Positions 24,235 to 37,957 of a stretch of DNA of 64,000 bases are shown here, piece after piece. How positions within the stretch are numbered: position 1 is the stretch's first letter; each line of letters opens with the position of its first letter. Origin of the DNA: Massalongia carnosa (taxonomy: Eukaryota); contig OZ287081.1 in the NCBI GenBank assembly GCA_965645245.1, positions 1,302,001 through 1,366,000 of the forward strand, written 5' to 3'. The notes under the pieces are model-generated. The model was not told the origin of the DNA. It saw only the letters and a program-made list of their open reading frames with translations, and searched no databases. The position numbers and the translations under genes are program-made.

Positions 24235-26194
24235 TCAAAATGATTCTTGAATAGTCGCCTTGAAGAGTGCAGAATCAACAGAGCTCTTGCGAAATCCAGG
24301 CGTCCGCCCAAGGCAGGTTGCCGTGCTTATCATTGCTACCGAGACAATCAGCAATGCAACGGCTAGGAGAGGTAGAAAGGAGGACGAACTTCGAACAAAC
24401 TTCTCAACATCAAGATAGACCTTGCTGGACGTATGAACGGGTTGTAACAGATGAGGATGGGCAGTGGCCTGAAACAAGCTAGAGGCGTTGAAGGCCTTGG
24501 GGTAAAGTGAAGAATACTCGTAAGGGATGTCCATATTTGGCTCAGGCATGTGGGGTACATTAGCCTGCCTGCTAGTCCAATAATAGTCATTCATCTGCAG
24601 CATAGGTTCCCTGCCAAAAGCAAGATCCTGGTTTGGCGGGCTTTGGGGACCTCCACTGCTGTTTCTAGAAGAACTTGTGGGAGAGCCTTCGATGGAGAGA
24701 TTCACCCCTATAGAGGGCTCAGCAGCAATGTCAACCTCGGCCCATGTTATCTGACCATCAAGGAAGATCCCTTTTGTTTGCAAATATTGGTCCACATCGT
24801 TCGAGTCAAGCCATTCACCTGCAGTCCCTGTAAGCTCAGCAATAGCGTCTAGTCCCAGGGAGCTATCTACGGGCATCTCAGCTTGAACTAAGGGACGTGG
24901 TCCCATTGATTCCTTGGCAGCCCACCCAGGCGGTGGCGATGATTTAACGTCAAACCCTACGCGTGGGTAGTGAAGGCCAGCATTCCCGATATGTAGCTGA
25001 GGTGCTCCCCAATACTCGAGATTCTCTTGAGCAGATTTCGCTATGATCTCTTTAAAGTTTGCCAAGCACCGCTGGGAGGAACTCCAGGTAAAGGTGTTCC
25101 TGCATACCCGTAAAACATCCTCCCTCCGAGCATTCGGATTTGACAAAAGCCGTACAGCGGACTCGAGAGTCGTGCGTAGCAATCGACGAGCAAAAGAGCA
25201 TTCCTGATAACTATAACTCAAGGGTGGAGGTAATGAATGGTTCACAGAGGGCATCAAGCTTTGTGCCTTCATTAAAGACTTTGAACTCTGAGTTTCGTAC
25301 CTGTGCGCAGGCTTAATTGAATCCCATGCTGCATGATCCAACTGATCAAGCTGCATGGCCTGTGTGGCTTCAAACCCTGAAATTTGCGCAGTCCCTAGGC
25401 TAGCGCCTATATCTCTTCGATAGGCTGCATCATACCCAAGCGCTGGGGCCGCTACGATCTTAGCTGGTTCAGTCCGTGATGACGGACTCTGAAGATATGC
25501 AGATTGACTGCCAGCCGCAAGAGAAGCAAGTGTGTGGTCAGGTTGGATATCCTCCTGCTCAAACGTACGAGCTGAAAGGAGTGGAGTGGGTGGGTAATCT
25601 TCGACCTCGCTGTCGGTTGCAATATTTTTGGCATAGTCGATGAAACGACCCATTGTCGACTTAAGGTCTTTTGCCAGATGTGGTTCCCATTCACCAATGC
25701 CTGACGCGATTGCCTTATCGTTGAAATCCAGGAACGTCTCATTCATATTTTCAATCGTAAGCTCCAAGGCAGCGACTCGTTTATTCAATGCGGATATCGT
25801 AGTCTCTTTTCGTTGTCGATATGCTCGTTGAGCTAGCCTGATTTGAGTTCGACGTCGCTGTATGCCCATCAGTTTTCGATGCGCATATCCCTCTTCACAC
25901 TGAAGAACATACTTCTGCGGCAGTTTGGTCTCGAGTTTCGAGCCGTGGCCGTCCTCTTTGCCGTGTTCCATTCAAGTCATCTGTACTTGAAGCTTTGGAA
26001 TTCGCTTTTGTCGGTTTCTGACGCATCGTCATCGTTTCAGGTTGGCCCTTTTTTGATGTAGATTTGCGTTTTTTGGAGGGTTTGAAGGGTGGCTCTTCTA
26101 TCGATTGATTGCTATTGTTGGGATCCTCCATTGCATTTGCGCCGTCAAACCTCCCCTGATAAGAGTAATTAATTGGCAAGAGGTTAGGTTCCAT
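24235..26194 (-). CDS. bZIP transcription factor
   Basis: Exon 1 25913-26194 (...RQRGRPRLETRDQTAAE), intron 25858-25912, basic region RRRTQIRLAQRAYRQRKE plus a leucine zipper. A 54-nt intron 24336-24389 precedes CLGRTPGFR. Confidence 0.9.
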
Positions 26195-28573
26195 AGGAGC
26201 GGCGCTTTATCCTAGAATTCGATTCCATAAGATAGATTCCAGCGTAAAGGATTATATCAAGATTGATCTAGAAGTCATAATATGTGTAGATGCAGCGCGA
26301 TGAGAAACATGACTGTAGCTGCACAGAGTCGTCCCCAATAATATGCGAGGTCAATAGCCCAACAACTATATCTCAAAGATAACCGATAGATATTATAGAA
26401 TCTAGACCTCTGCCGTTCTTGCTGACATTATTAGTAATTGGAGCTCCAGCCGGGACACTGGGTTGACGTTTGCTCAAGCAAAAGGTAAGAAACGTCGATC
26501 GGATGAACTGTTTCACCGAGCAAGTGAGATTGTTTTTGTGCGTGCTTAGAGACCCTGATGTCGACTAATCCAATATTGACTAGCTTGAGCTTATTTATAA
26601 GACCACGACTTTCTGAACATGACGTCATCTTTTTATTTCGGATACAGAGGTACAAAATAGGTTAGCTTTGATGTTTTCAAAAGATGTGTCATGCAAATAG
26701 TGAGAATGTATTGCGCTAAAATAAAAAGATGGTCAGAGACATACGAGTAAGCAGATGGTCTTCTTTCTGGAGTTGCATTTTTGTTTTTGGAAGGGGACGT
26801 AGTTTAGACACGCTTTGTCATCAACTCTAGGCTTGCTGCAGTTATCATCTGAGAGGTACTGAGCATTTTTGGAACTTGTCATGGCCATGGTATAGCGATA
26901 AACAAACCATTACCCAAGTAGTCTTTTTCTGTTGTGTTTTCAACCTTTTGCTACTCTCCTTCAAATCGACTCTACCGTTGTGAAACTCTGACTGTTCCAG
27001 GTGTAAAGAAACTGTACCTTGTTGTACAGTTTCAAGAGCATGCGACTTTACATCGCTTCTTAGTAACAAAATCTCTACTCTGTACGCTGCGAGGAGCAGC
27101 TTGGCGTTGTCTAGATTTTAGATATCTTAACTTCCAACTGCCTTCAGCTTAGGCGGACGAGTACTGTTTGTATCTGGGGAAACTCACATTGACTTTTTAG
27201 CACATCTCATTAAGCATGTTTTAATATTCTGATGTGCTTTGATTTATTATGAGTTGAAGGTAAGAACTCTTAAGATTATGTTTATTTCTTCGGCCTGGCT
27301 TGAGATCTCTGAATAGCCTGAATCACTAATCTTTAGAGGCTTGATTGGGTCTATTTGAGAATCTGCCAAGCATACTGGTTTAAATAAGGCTGTGAGTAAG
27401 CTCCATTCCGCGGAAGTACAGAATATTACTCGGCCCACTAGGTCAACGGTTGCTACCACAACTGACCAGTGCAACATCACGTGAGTAACATCCAGAGCCC
27501 TAGTCGCCCATGTGCCTTCATGACAATAATCATGTAAGTCAGCGTGATGGAGTTCTCCAAAATATACCTGTCACTATGAGCCATTATATTTGGGTGCCCA
27601 AGTCAAAAGTATCTCTACCGAGTTGTAGTGGCACACAGTGATACCTAGGAATTGTTTTCTATGGAGCGTGGCGCACCACAGGTAAGTCTTTTCCATTTGA
27701 GAACTAGAGGCTTCATCACAATCACCAGTCGCAGGATGGGGGGTTAGCCATTGGCTGAAAATGTTGTTTTGGCTGCGTTTGCCGCCGGTCAGGTCGGCCC
27801 CCTTCAAGCCTTAACTCGTTTTGGTCACTCACAATCAAGTTCAAAGGCTTGACTCTCCAAACAGTTTGTCGAGCAATCGCTGTTTATTGCAAAACGCTTG
27901 CCAAAGTGTAGAGTACAAACAGATGCCTACTAGGGATGGAAGTCTTTGACTTTGTACTATGTACAGGTCAAATGGCCATGATAGTGGAGCGCAAAAGCAA
28001 GATAGTTAACTCTGTATTGTCATTGACAATCTGATTCGTGCAAACAGTCCCTTTAAATTAGGATCTGGTGTGTGGCTGATGCCTCACGGCCAGCGCGACT
28101 TGATGGCCCTGCCGTGACCACCTTTCGAAGTTGTTTGCTTCCAAGGCTACTGCTGTCATTGAGTATCCATATTGATCACCATTCAATCGTAACTCCCAAA
28201 TGCTCGGTAATACCCATCATCACGTCTTTCTGCCCTTTTGCACTGTCGACAAAGGCGCGCCACTGCTCTAAAACCTCCATTCGCTACGGTCGCACCGTCT
28301 CCAATCCGATTCCCCCGTCCTCATCATCTCAACGTACATACATCAATCACCACGGCAATCCGAGAACACGCTGGTATACATGTTTAGTGAATCATCTTGG
28401 ATACAGAAGGTTCGAACAACAAGGCTGAAGCCTGCTTCCGCCTTGAAACTTCTTCCTGTTGTCCGAATTACCCGGTCGGAATAGCCACTACGCCAGCAGG
28501 ACAGCCCTGCTCTCGTTGGTTGACGGTGCGAAAGGCTCATTGTGGCCTCGAAGAAGCTCAAGGGTCGCCCCAA

Positions 28574-30661
28574 ATGAGCGACGAGACTGCGCAAGCACCC
28601 ACAGCGGATAGCGTCAAATCAAACGCTCTGTTAAAGGATATCCCGAACGCGCATCCGCAGCCCACTACCTCCGCTGCCTTTACGACTTACGGTAAGTGAA
28701 GACTTCGATGCTATTCTTGTCGCAAGTCGCTGGTCGTGCTGCTGACTGGGAAAATAGAAACCGCCAATACATCCCTAGCTATCCCAAACCCGCCAAGCTC
28801 CACGTACGTACTATCGTCATCTACCGCCACGCAGAATCCTTCAAACAAAGAAGCAGCGTCTACGTTACAGACTGCAGATAGGAATGCCGTGACTTCAACA
28901 CTGGAGACGACCTCAGGGCCAAAGAAATCGCTTCCAGAAGGCCCGCTCGTACCTAATATTCCTGCTCGATCATCCTCGAATCCTAATAAACAACCATCAA
29001 GCGCGTCTCCAATAAGTGGAACTATATCCGGTGATCAGGCACAAGTATCGGAAGTCGAACCCAAGGGGGTTATCAACCTGGGGGTCCGCAGCGGCAGCGT
29101 TGCCAGTAGCAAACGCTTGCGAAAAGGGCAACGAACGACGCCTAGCACTCCTAACGATATCCTTGCGCCTAGTGCAGAGAAACCAAGGAAGCGAGGGGTT
29201 TCCAAGTTCTTGTCTTTTCTGAATTGTTGCAGCGCCCCAGAGGATGCAAATACTGTTGAAACGGATAATCAGGCAATCCCTACGAAGAAGGCTAAGGGTT
29301 TCCAGTCGATTCGGAACAGGCAGGCTACGCCGGCGGTTAAGCCAAGTGCTGATTCAAGTACAGGAGAATCCAAGGAGCCCGCCGATGAGAACATAGGAGG
29401 TCCACCGTATTCGGAGCTTACCCCGGCGGCTAAACCAACAATGCTCAGCCCGCGATCTGGCAAAGAAACCGTACATACAGAAAAGTCCCCTTCAACAGAA
29501 AGTTCAGGGCAAGCTTTGGATGAAAACGAGGAGGCTACACACCCTGAACCTCGGAATCAACCCTTGCCGCCTCTACCGGTGTCCAGCAAGCCAGCCAGCC
29601 ATGATGAGCTTTCTGAAAAGATACAACCCGTTCTTCCAAGTACTATCAGCAAGGCGGAACCCCCCGAACCATCCAAATCGCTGCCTTCAGATCAGAATGT
29701 TGTGGTACAAGACATGGCTTCGAACGATCGACCCCCAAAAGAAGAGAAAATAGACGGTGACGTACCAATGGTCGATGCCCCACCCATTGTTCACATCCCA
29801 GAGCAGCAAGCAAAGAACCCAGAACCCAAAGATGATAGCCAACCACATGTTAACCTTCCTCCTCCACCACCTCGAAACAATCAGGACCGAGCGGCTACCG
29901 GGCTCGGTCGGAGCCCGTCGAGTGCAGCCACGCCAAATGAAAAGCAACAATGGCTACTTCCCCCCTTACAACCTCGTTTTAAAGGTAAAAAATGCCTGGT
30001 TTTAGATTTAGACGAGACTTTGGTTCACAGCAGTTTCAAGGTACGTTCAATTGGCGTCATAAAATCCCTGTGGTCTGACGTAGATAGACCCTTCATCAAG
30101 CGGATTTTACCATACCTGTCGAGATTGAGGGTCAGTATCATAATGTATATGTTATCAAAAGGCCAGGCGTGGATCAATTTATGAAGCGTGTTGGCGAGCT
30201 TTATGAAGTTGTAGTGTTTACAGCTTCGGTATCTAAGGTAGGGATGCTCCTTAGATTCTATTGATGCGTCAGCTCTGATCTTTATGATCAGTACGGTGAT
30301 CCCCTTTTGGATCAGCTAGACATCCACAATGTTGTACACCATCGCCTTTTTCGGGAAAGCTGCTACAATCATCAGGGCAATTATGTCAAGGTTGGTGAAA
30401 TCTTTATAGTTGACTCTGGATAGAACGCCAAAGCTAACTGTATGATAGGATCTCTCCCAAGTCGGCCGCGATCTGCGTGAGACAATTATCATTGACAACT
30501 CGCCGACGTCATATATATTTCACCCGCAACACGCGGTGCCTATTAGCAGTTGGTTTTCGGATGCGCATGACAACGAGCTTCTGGACCTCATTCCTGTTCT
30601 TGAAGATCTTGCAGGTTCACAGGTCCGAGACGTTAGTTTGGTGCTCGATGTTGCATTATAA
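28574..30661 (+). CDS. PSR1: NIF/FCP1-family HAD phosphatase (Psr1/Psr2-like)
   Basis: Introns 28692-28757, 30041-30087, 30238-30291 and 30391-30448. Motifs [54 protein letters not shown] and [19 protein letters not shown]; an internal FLNCC is a likely palmitoylation site. Confidence 0.95.
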
Positions 30662-31576
30662 CGGTTCCTAACTGTCCCAAACCCGACCTACCCGCCCCCT
30701 CGCCATCTTCGAAAGAGCAAAAACTTCCATTCCCGTTGGTATTAGATTGCAAAGAATAATCCCTGTAATACGCATAACCGCCTCCGCCCCTCGAAGTCAC
30801 TGATCTGGACTCGGGCGGTGGAAGCGGCACTGCACCTTGTAAAAAGAGAGAAGAGAACGAGTTTCAAAAAAGGCGGCATCGGAAATGCATCTTCTTGGTT
30901 TAGTCCCACTGTGGAACTGGGGTTTTTTGTTGTTTTTTTTTTGCACTACTTCTCAGGGTCACTTCCACCATTCTACTCCCTTCACCTCCTCACATGTTGA
31001 TCGAAATATAGCTCTCAGCGAGCATTTCTCTTTTGGTTGCATCGTGGCGGCGTTTCTTGCCTATACCACCCTCCGGCGGGCTGGCTCTCGTTTTACTAGT
31101 TTATTCTGCATCGCATGGCCCCTGTTATACGCCACGGCGCATCAAGATCACCCGCAAATATATCCGTAGCTTAGCTTTTTATAAACAAAATCGGTGAATG
31201 ATGGTGTAATATGCGAAGCTGATTTTCTGATTTTGTATCAGTAGACTTGCATTACAATTTCCACTGAGCGCTGTGGCTTCCTCATTCTTATTCTCATCAT
31301 GTCTGCCCCCTTAATGTCCTCAAACCCTAAGACAGTCACGAAACTCTATTAAATACGTAGACATAAAATTTTAGATCCCAGCGGTAGGTATAAGTATGAT
31401 AATAAATGAATCCCTTCATAACTACACGCCATTCAAAAATCATGCACGAAGAACAAAAACAATAAATTATCAGCCATATCCAGGGCAACATCATCCCTGC
31501 CGGGTCGGTGATTGCTACAGATCTCTGAAGTGCGCTTACACGCCATACTGATGTCTTATCGAAAAACTACAGCGTA

Positions 31577-32979
31577 ATGAACAATACACCACAGCTCCCG
31601 ACTTCCAAAAATGGCTCCTCTTTGCGAGACAGCCAGGGCTGGGACGGAAAATTACGTTTAGACAAGAAAGCTACAGTCACGAACGCCGATATACTATCTG
31701 ATCCAGACCAATCAGATGAAGATGCTCCGCCGGTAGAACAAATTGTCGCCGACGAGGGTTCGTACAAATCTATCTTCGTGCTATCTTTGTTAATAGGTGG
31801 CTGCGGCAGATCTGCTTGACGATCATGAACTAGATTCAGAGGCATGTATTGATAGACCGTTATTCTGAAGGATGGCTAATCAGCTGGCGCTCGTAGGAGC
31901 TCGATTTGGTTCATTGCCGGATAACTTCTATACCTGCGCTACGACTAGAGCGTTTCCCTAAGGCCGAGGTAGGATTCTATTATCATGAGGCTCAAATGGA
32001 GCTTACACATCCGGCGTGTAGAAAATATGTCTCCGGCAAAATCAGATATCTCATATCGCATTTCCTGTCAGCTTAAGCTCCACACTGCAGGAGTTAGATC
32101 TTTACGACAATCTCATCTCTCATCTGAAAGGCCTGGACGGCCTCGTAAATCTGACGAGTTTGGATTTGAGTTTCAACCAAATAAAGCATATTAAGAACGT
32201 GGCGCATCTAAAGGAGTTGAAGGATGTCTATTTTGTGCAAAACAAAATTCAAAAGATTGAAGGACTTGATGGGTTAAGAAATCTGAGGAACCTAGAATTG
32301 GCCGCAAATCGAATCCGAGTAGGTAGATTTGCTAAGCTTGAAGCAAGAATTCTAACATGCCTATAGGAGATTGAAAATCTAGACACTTTGAGTAGTCTGG
32401 AGGAACTCTGGTTGGGTAAGAATAAAATCACCGAAATCAAGGTATAGATGCTTCTTTGTTAGACGTTGGCGTATGTTCTCTGATCAAGCAATAGAACATT
32501 GGTTCCCTCTACAGCCTTAAAATTCTGTCTGTTCAGTCTAACCGACTTCCCAAAATCTCCGGTTTGTCGGATCTTGCCAACCTGGAAGAACTCTATATAT
32601 CCCATAACCTTATTACTGAGATATCTGGCCTCGACAACAACTACAAGCTCCGCGTCCTCGACATATCGAACAACCAAATCGCCAATCTCACCCATCTTAA
32701 CCACCTTCAGCATCTAGAGGAATTATGGGCTTCCACCAACCAACTTTCATCATTCGAAGAAGTCGAACGAGAACTTGGGGCTAAGAAAGAATTGGCCACG
32801 GTCTACTTTGAGGGGAATCCTCTGCAAACAATGAATGTAGTCATGTATCGGACCAAGGTTCGCTTGGCGATACCACAGATTCAGCAGATTGACGCAAGTA
32901 CGTAATACGAACTTGGTCTACTATCCGGCCAGGGCACCTGAGCTGACGTTTTGGAATAGCGTATGTGCGGGTCTCTTAG
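31577..32979 (+). CDS. SDS22: Protein phosphatase 1 regulatory subunit Sds22 (leucine-rich repeat)
   Basis: Seven exons (31577-31757, 31810-31841, 31897-31968, 32022-32319, 32367-32441, 32495-32898, 32960-32979). Motifs GWDGKLR, ELDLVHCRI, LDLYDNLI, LDLSFNQI, LWLGKNKI and VYFEGNPLQ...YRTKVRLAIPQIQQIDAT. Confidence 0.95.
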
Positions 32980-33731
32980 GAGAAGGAGATGCTTTGGGAT
33001 AAAGGAATGGCGTTTGAGGTCGAGGGTGGAGACTCAGGAGGATTATGGTTCGGCACTATGATAACAGAAAGAAGAAGTGCTTATAGATGTTGAGTTCTTG
33101 CCCTGTTCCACGTTGGACATGGGCTCAAGTTGAAAGCGAGTAACAACGTTCATACGACTAATACTTTCGTTCAAATTAAAGAATCTGGACGACTTACGAT
33201 TTCGGAGCCAGCGACCCCAAGCTTAACTCTGGAAGGGGGAAAAACCCCCCTGGCATCAACGAAGCTAATAGAATCTAATGGATTGGAGAAAGGTTTTTAG
33301 CTCCTGAGGGAGTCATTTTCGGGTTCTCTGCGGATCAATTAGAAGGCTTGACGGGTCCTGTCTTCTTTCCCGCCTATGACGTGCACTATAGGTACTTTAT
33401 ATTATCTCGAACTAGAGAGGCCCATACCCGATGTCAGGATCTTTTACCCCTCGTCATTAACACTCGTATTTACCGTACAGTACATGTGTAGCGTAGATGG
33501 GTCATCTGCTTTTGCTTCACTTTCCAACCAATTCATGCTCAACGCTACAAGCTTCTGTCGTCCAAGCTGATTGTCCAAGTAGGTATTCATCTACATTTTC
33601 TTGTCACTTTTGCCTCACAACTAAATTGACTCGGAGTCTTCAGGGTATCTATGGTCTTTGGCAAATTTCTCTTACCCTTCAATTAGCCTTTAAGGTTTCC
33701 TATTTCCTCAAGACTCACTTCAATTACAAAG

Positions 33732-34877
33732 ATGGCTTCACCTACCGTCAAGCTTAATAGCGGGCACGAAATGCCTCTTGTTGGTTTCGGGTATGCGTTC
33801 TCATCATTCGTCTAGAAAACTTGACGTTTAACCTCCCACTTCACCAGGTTATGGAAAATAAAGAACGATACATGTGCCGACCAAGTCTATAATGCTATCA
33901 AATCTGGATATCGTCTGTTTGATGGTGCCTGTGGTCTGTAGATTCTTGGTCCATGTCAGTACTGCATTATCCGCCTGCTAACGCCTCGCAGACTACGGTA
34001 ACGAGCCTGAAGCCGGCCAAGGAGTAGCTAGAGCGATCAAAGATGGCATCGTCAAACGCTCCGATCTTTTCCTCGTTTCTAAGCTGTGGAACTCTTTTCA
34101 CGATAAAGAACACGTGACCTCGATCTGCAAGAAGCAGCTCCAGGATTGGGGCATTGACTACTTTGATCTCTACATTGTACATTTCCCCATCTCGCTCAAG
34201 TATGTTGACCCCTCGGTCCGTTACCCTCCAGGCTTCACCTACGATGGGAAAAATGTTGTTTCAGGCAACGCTACGATTCAAGAAACTTGGACCGCTATGG
34301 AAAGACTTGTGGACGAGGGATTGGCCCGGAGCATCGGCATCAGCAACTTCAATGGGCAGCTCATCTTAGATCTTCTCCGTTATGCTAAGATCGTCCCCGC
34401 GACGCTGCAGATTGAACACCACCCTTACCTCACGCAAGAAGGACTCGTAAAGCTAGCAAGGGATCATGGAATAGCTGTAACGGCTTATTCGTCTTTTGGC
34501 CCGCAATCCTTCCTCGAACTCGACATGCAGCGTGCCAAAGACACGCCATTGCTGTTTGACAACCCTACCATCAAAAGTATCGCGGAGAAGAAAGGAAAGA
34601 CGCCAGCGCAGGTGCTACTCAGATGGGCGACCCAGAGGGGTATAGCTGTCATTCCGAAGAGTAACAATCAGGGTCGATTGGCGCAGAATTTGGATGTGAC
34701 GGCATGGGAGTTGGAGCAGGGGGAGTTGGATGAGATCAGTGGGTTGGACAAGGGTTTACGTTTTAATGATCCTTTAAATGTGAGTTTTGAAAGTGGGATT
34801 TTGGGAGTCTTGACTGTGGGTGGTTTGCTGACATTCTACCTGCCTAGTACGGCTTTGCCCTGCCGATTTACGTATAA
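33732..34877 (+). CDS. xyl1: NAD(P)H-dependent D-xylose reductase (aldo-keto reductase)
   Basis: [68 protein letters not shown] and LRFNDP. Introns 33791-33847, 33934-33991 and 34780-34847. Confidence 0.95.
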
Positions 34878-36559
34878 GCGTGGTCAAAACCTGACATTGC
34901 CCTTCCGATTTGTATTTTCAAGCTTCATTTCCCCAACCCCTATGTATATAAGAAGGAACGTCCATGAGCCGACTAACACGCATACTACATCGTCCACCTA
35001 TAAATACATACCTACTTCACATTCGAGCTTCCACTTTTATTATCTCCCAAACACAACAGAGGAGAAAGAGCCCACCGTAAATCTCTGATACCATCGGACA
35101 ACCAACTCATCGCCGCATCCCCGCATCTCCATTTTCTTCCCCTACTCCTCGCTTCCAACCCTATCCCTCTCTTTCCCGTCGATCAAACTCCTCCAATCCG
35201 TCCAACCTTCGCTAGTTATTCCCAACGTTATCACTCACGATAACATAAACTTTCGTTTCAGTTGCGCCGATGTTTTTTGTTTATGTGGAAAAAAAAAATC
35301 AAAAAAGTCGAAAAATCCGTACCTTTTTGGGGCGGGAGGGAGGAGAGAAAAGGAAACAAGAAGAAGAAGAAAACCCCGATGAATAGAGGTGCAAGGGCGA
35401 AAAGCGTTATGGGGCTAGATAAATAGGTCGACATTTCAACTTCGACTTCGACTTCGACCTCAAAGCCGAGCTCCAAAGCCGAGCTCGGAACCCCTCTTTC
35501 CCCCCTCCCCCCGACTTCCCCAAATATTTCTCTTTCTCCCCATGTTCTTCTTCTTCTCCTTCGTCTTCCCAACAGAAATGCCGACGCCGGTACTCTGTCC
35601 GTACTCTGCCCTCCCTTGCCCTCCCCAGAAACCTGTCTATCAGCCTATCAACCTTTCACTATCCCCCCTACCTAACTGCCTGTGTATCAACCTATCCGTC
35701 CTGCAGGGATCAAGTGTAATATCTGCTGCGGGCAAGGAATGATATGTTGTGGAAGGGGGACCGGGAGGAGGAGGAGGAAGTAACCATGAAGCCAGCAAGC
35801 GAGAAAAGGAGCAAGAGGAAGGTTGACTGGGGATTTGGTTGGTATGGGAAGATGGAAGGGCTGCGATATTGTATGATAACTCGTTTTTAAAAGGCTGTTG
35901 GGGGGAAGGGGAGTGAAGAGATAGGTCTTGAGCGGGATGCATGGATGGATAGATAAGTTGGGATGGGACAAGAAGAGATTTGATTCTTTTCAGGGGGTTT
36001 GGTGATGATGAGATGAGGTGGTAGGCGGCTGGGGAGGAGGGGGGGTTGGGGGTAGGGTTAGAGGATACCTTGCTAACGGGGGTTGGAAACGGGCATTCTT
36101 CCCGAATAGAATAACGGGAAACGATGAATGAGGGAGGGGAAGAATAAGGGAACAAATGAACAGAGATAGAGGTCTGAAACCGTTCCAGAACAACAACAAC
36201 GAAAACATAACCTCGAAGCCCAACTAGAGTGAGAGATATGTAATAACATTAGGAAGGAAATGTTTAAAAGTACAGCAGTGCTTGCCGTTCACCATCGCCA
36301 TTTTATCTTCCTCTCCGTACGCAGGGGAATAAAATGTCCCTTTCTCCCAAGAAATTTACTTCACAACACCGTTTCGCCTGTTTGAGCAGTCGTAAGACAA
36401 CCTAGCTAGGTACCTATGTAGGCATGGAAGTTTGGTTCTGGTAAGTCTTGGGAGGCTTTAGATTTCAACAGAGAGAAATTAGCTATACAAATCTGGCTAT
36501 TTCGTTCCTGTCAGTTTTCTCTGGCGGCAGCTCCTTCTCTTTGCGGGTCCAACCCGTAC

Positions 36560-37439
36560 CTATGATGCGAATTTCCTCGTGATTTTCGCAATGACTAAGG
36601 GTTTTTCGGTCAGCAACGCTACAAGAATTTCCTTACATCCCACGCCGATAGTCTGAAAAAGGGAGGAAACTCCCTGCAGAAGGGTATACCACGTGTAATG
36701 AGATGAACCGCACAGGATAAATGCAGGGCGGTTTAGGAGGGGGGATACGAGGGACGTACTGTGGAGAGCGACAACGCTGAAAATGAAGCCGAGAGAGAGC
36801 ACGAGGACGACGACAGGGTCGACTTTTAAGCCGGGGGATTCGTCCGTGTATAGTCCTATGAGAGCAAGGGGCGTTAGCGACCAGTCGCTAGCGAACAGGA
36901 GCTTATCACTCCAACAAGCCCTATTGAAACCTCCCAAACAAAAGATGCTTCCCAAGACCTCCCCTCCCCTCCCCTCCCCTCCCCCCGGTCTATCTATTTA
37001 TCTCCTCTAGCCCCAAGTTTGTATTCAACCCCCAAAAACCTTAAAGATAATACATACTCAACATGGTACTGCTGCTTCCACCCGCGCCTGCAGCCCTCGT
37101 ACTCGCCGGCCGCGTATTCGCAACTTTATCCGCACGATCTGCAGCTGCTTTTCGGCGAAGAACCGTTTTCGCACCGCCTGGTGGGGAGGAAGGGCGCGCG
37201 GTTGTGCTACCCCCGGAGGATTGGGGGTTAGAGGAGGGTGGTGGAGATGACTGTTAGGTGTTAGCATGAGATTGAAAGAACCCCAGGAGGGAATATGAGG
37301 AGAAAAGAGTAAAAAGAAGGGGGAGGGTCATATGAGCAGATATATGAGAGTTGGTCTAGGGCTGAATAGTACGAATTCGGGGACATGCAGTTGCGCATGT
37401 AGAAGAGGGGATAGGGTGATAACTGTCTGGACGTACCAT
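36560..37439 (-). CDS. SBH1: Sec61 translocon beta subunit
   Basis: Exons: ATG 37437-37439, 37058-37250, 36760-36855, 36560-36594. Protein ...LRRKAAADR...[58 protein letters not shown]. Confidence 0.95.
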
Positions 37440-37957
37440 GATGCTGTTAGAGAAATGAGCGTGGTAGCAAGGGTTTTTCTATGTTTACAACAAGTGAACG
37501 AGGAGGTATGGTTTTTGGAGATTTGTTCGAAACATGCAAAAGGACACGGCGCTCAAACTCGCCGATCTTAATGTGTACTTCAATATAGCGCTAGTCCTGA
37601 TTAAGGTTTCAACTTCAGAGTCGTATTGAGCTTCTGGGCGCACTTTTTATCGCAATTTTGTTCGCACTCTTCAGGTTACGATGGTTACAACAACAGGTCT
37701 TGGAACGGCTGGCTTGATCAGACATTCCATTCAATATTTGACTAACTGCATCGACAAGGGAGGCATTTCAATATGATTTACAATGCAGGCTGAAAAGTAA
37801 AATTGGGCTCATGTAGTTATGGTTCGTTTTGTAGGCTTCAAGTTGAAAAATACTGCATGGGCTGGATAAGACCGCCATCCATATGGCTTAGGCCTGACCA
37901 TCATGCATACCCCGTGTCCCTTCTTCATCCAAACATCAAACCCCGAAACAACCAAGC

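Noticed and set aside
26300..28000. Possible gene or transposon relic in the long bZIP-PSR1 intergenic region
   Set aside because: Only short frames with frequent stops and no recognisable motif; treated as promoter or intergenic sequence.
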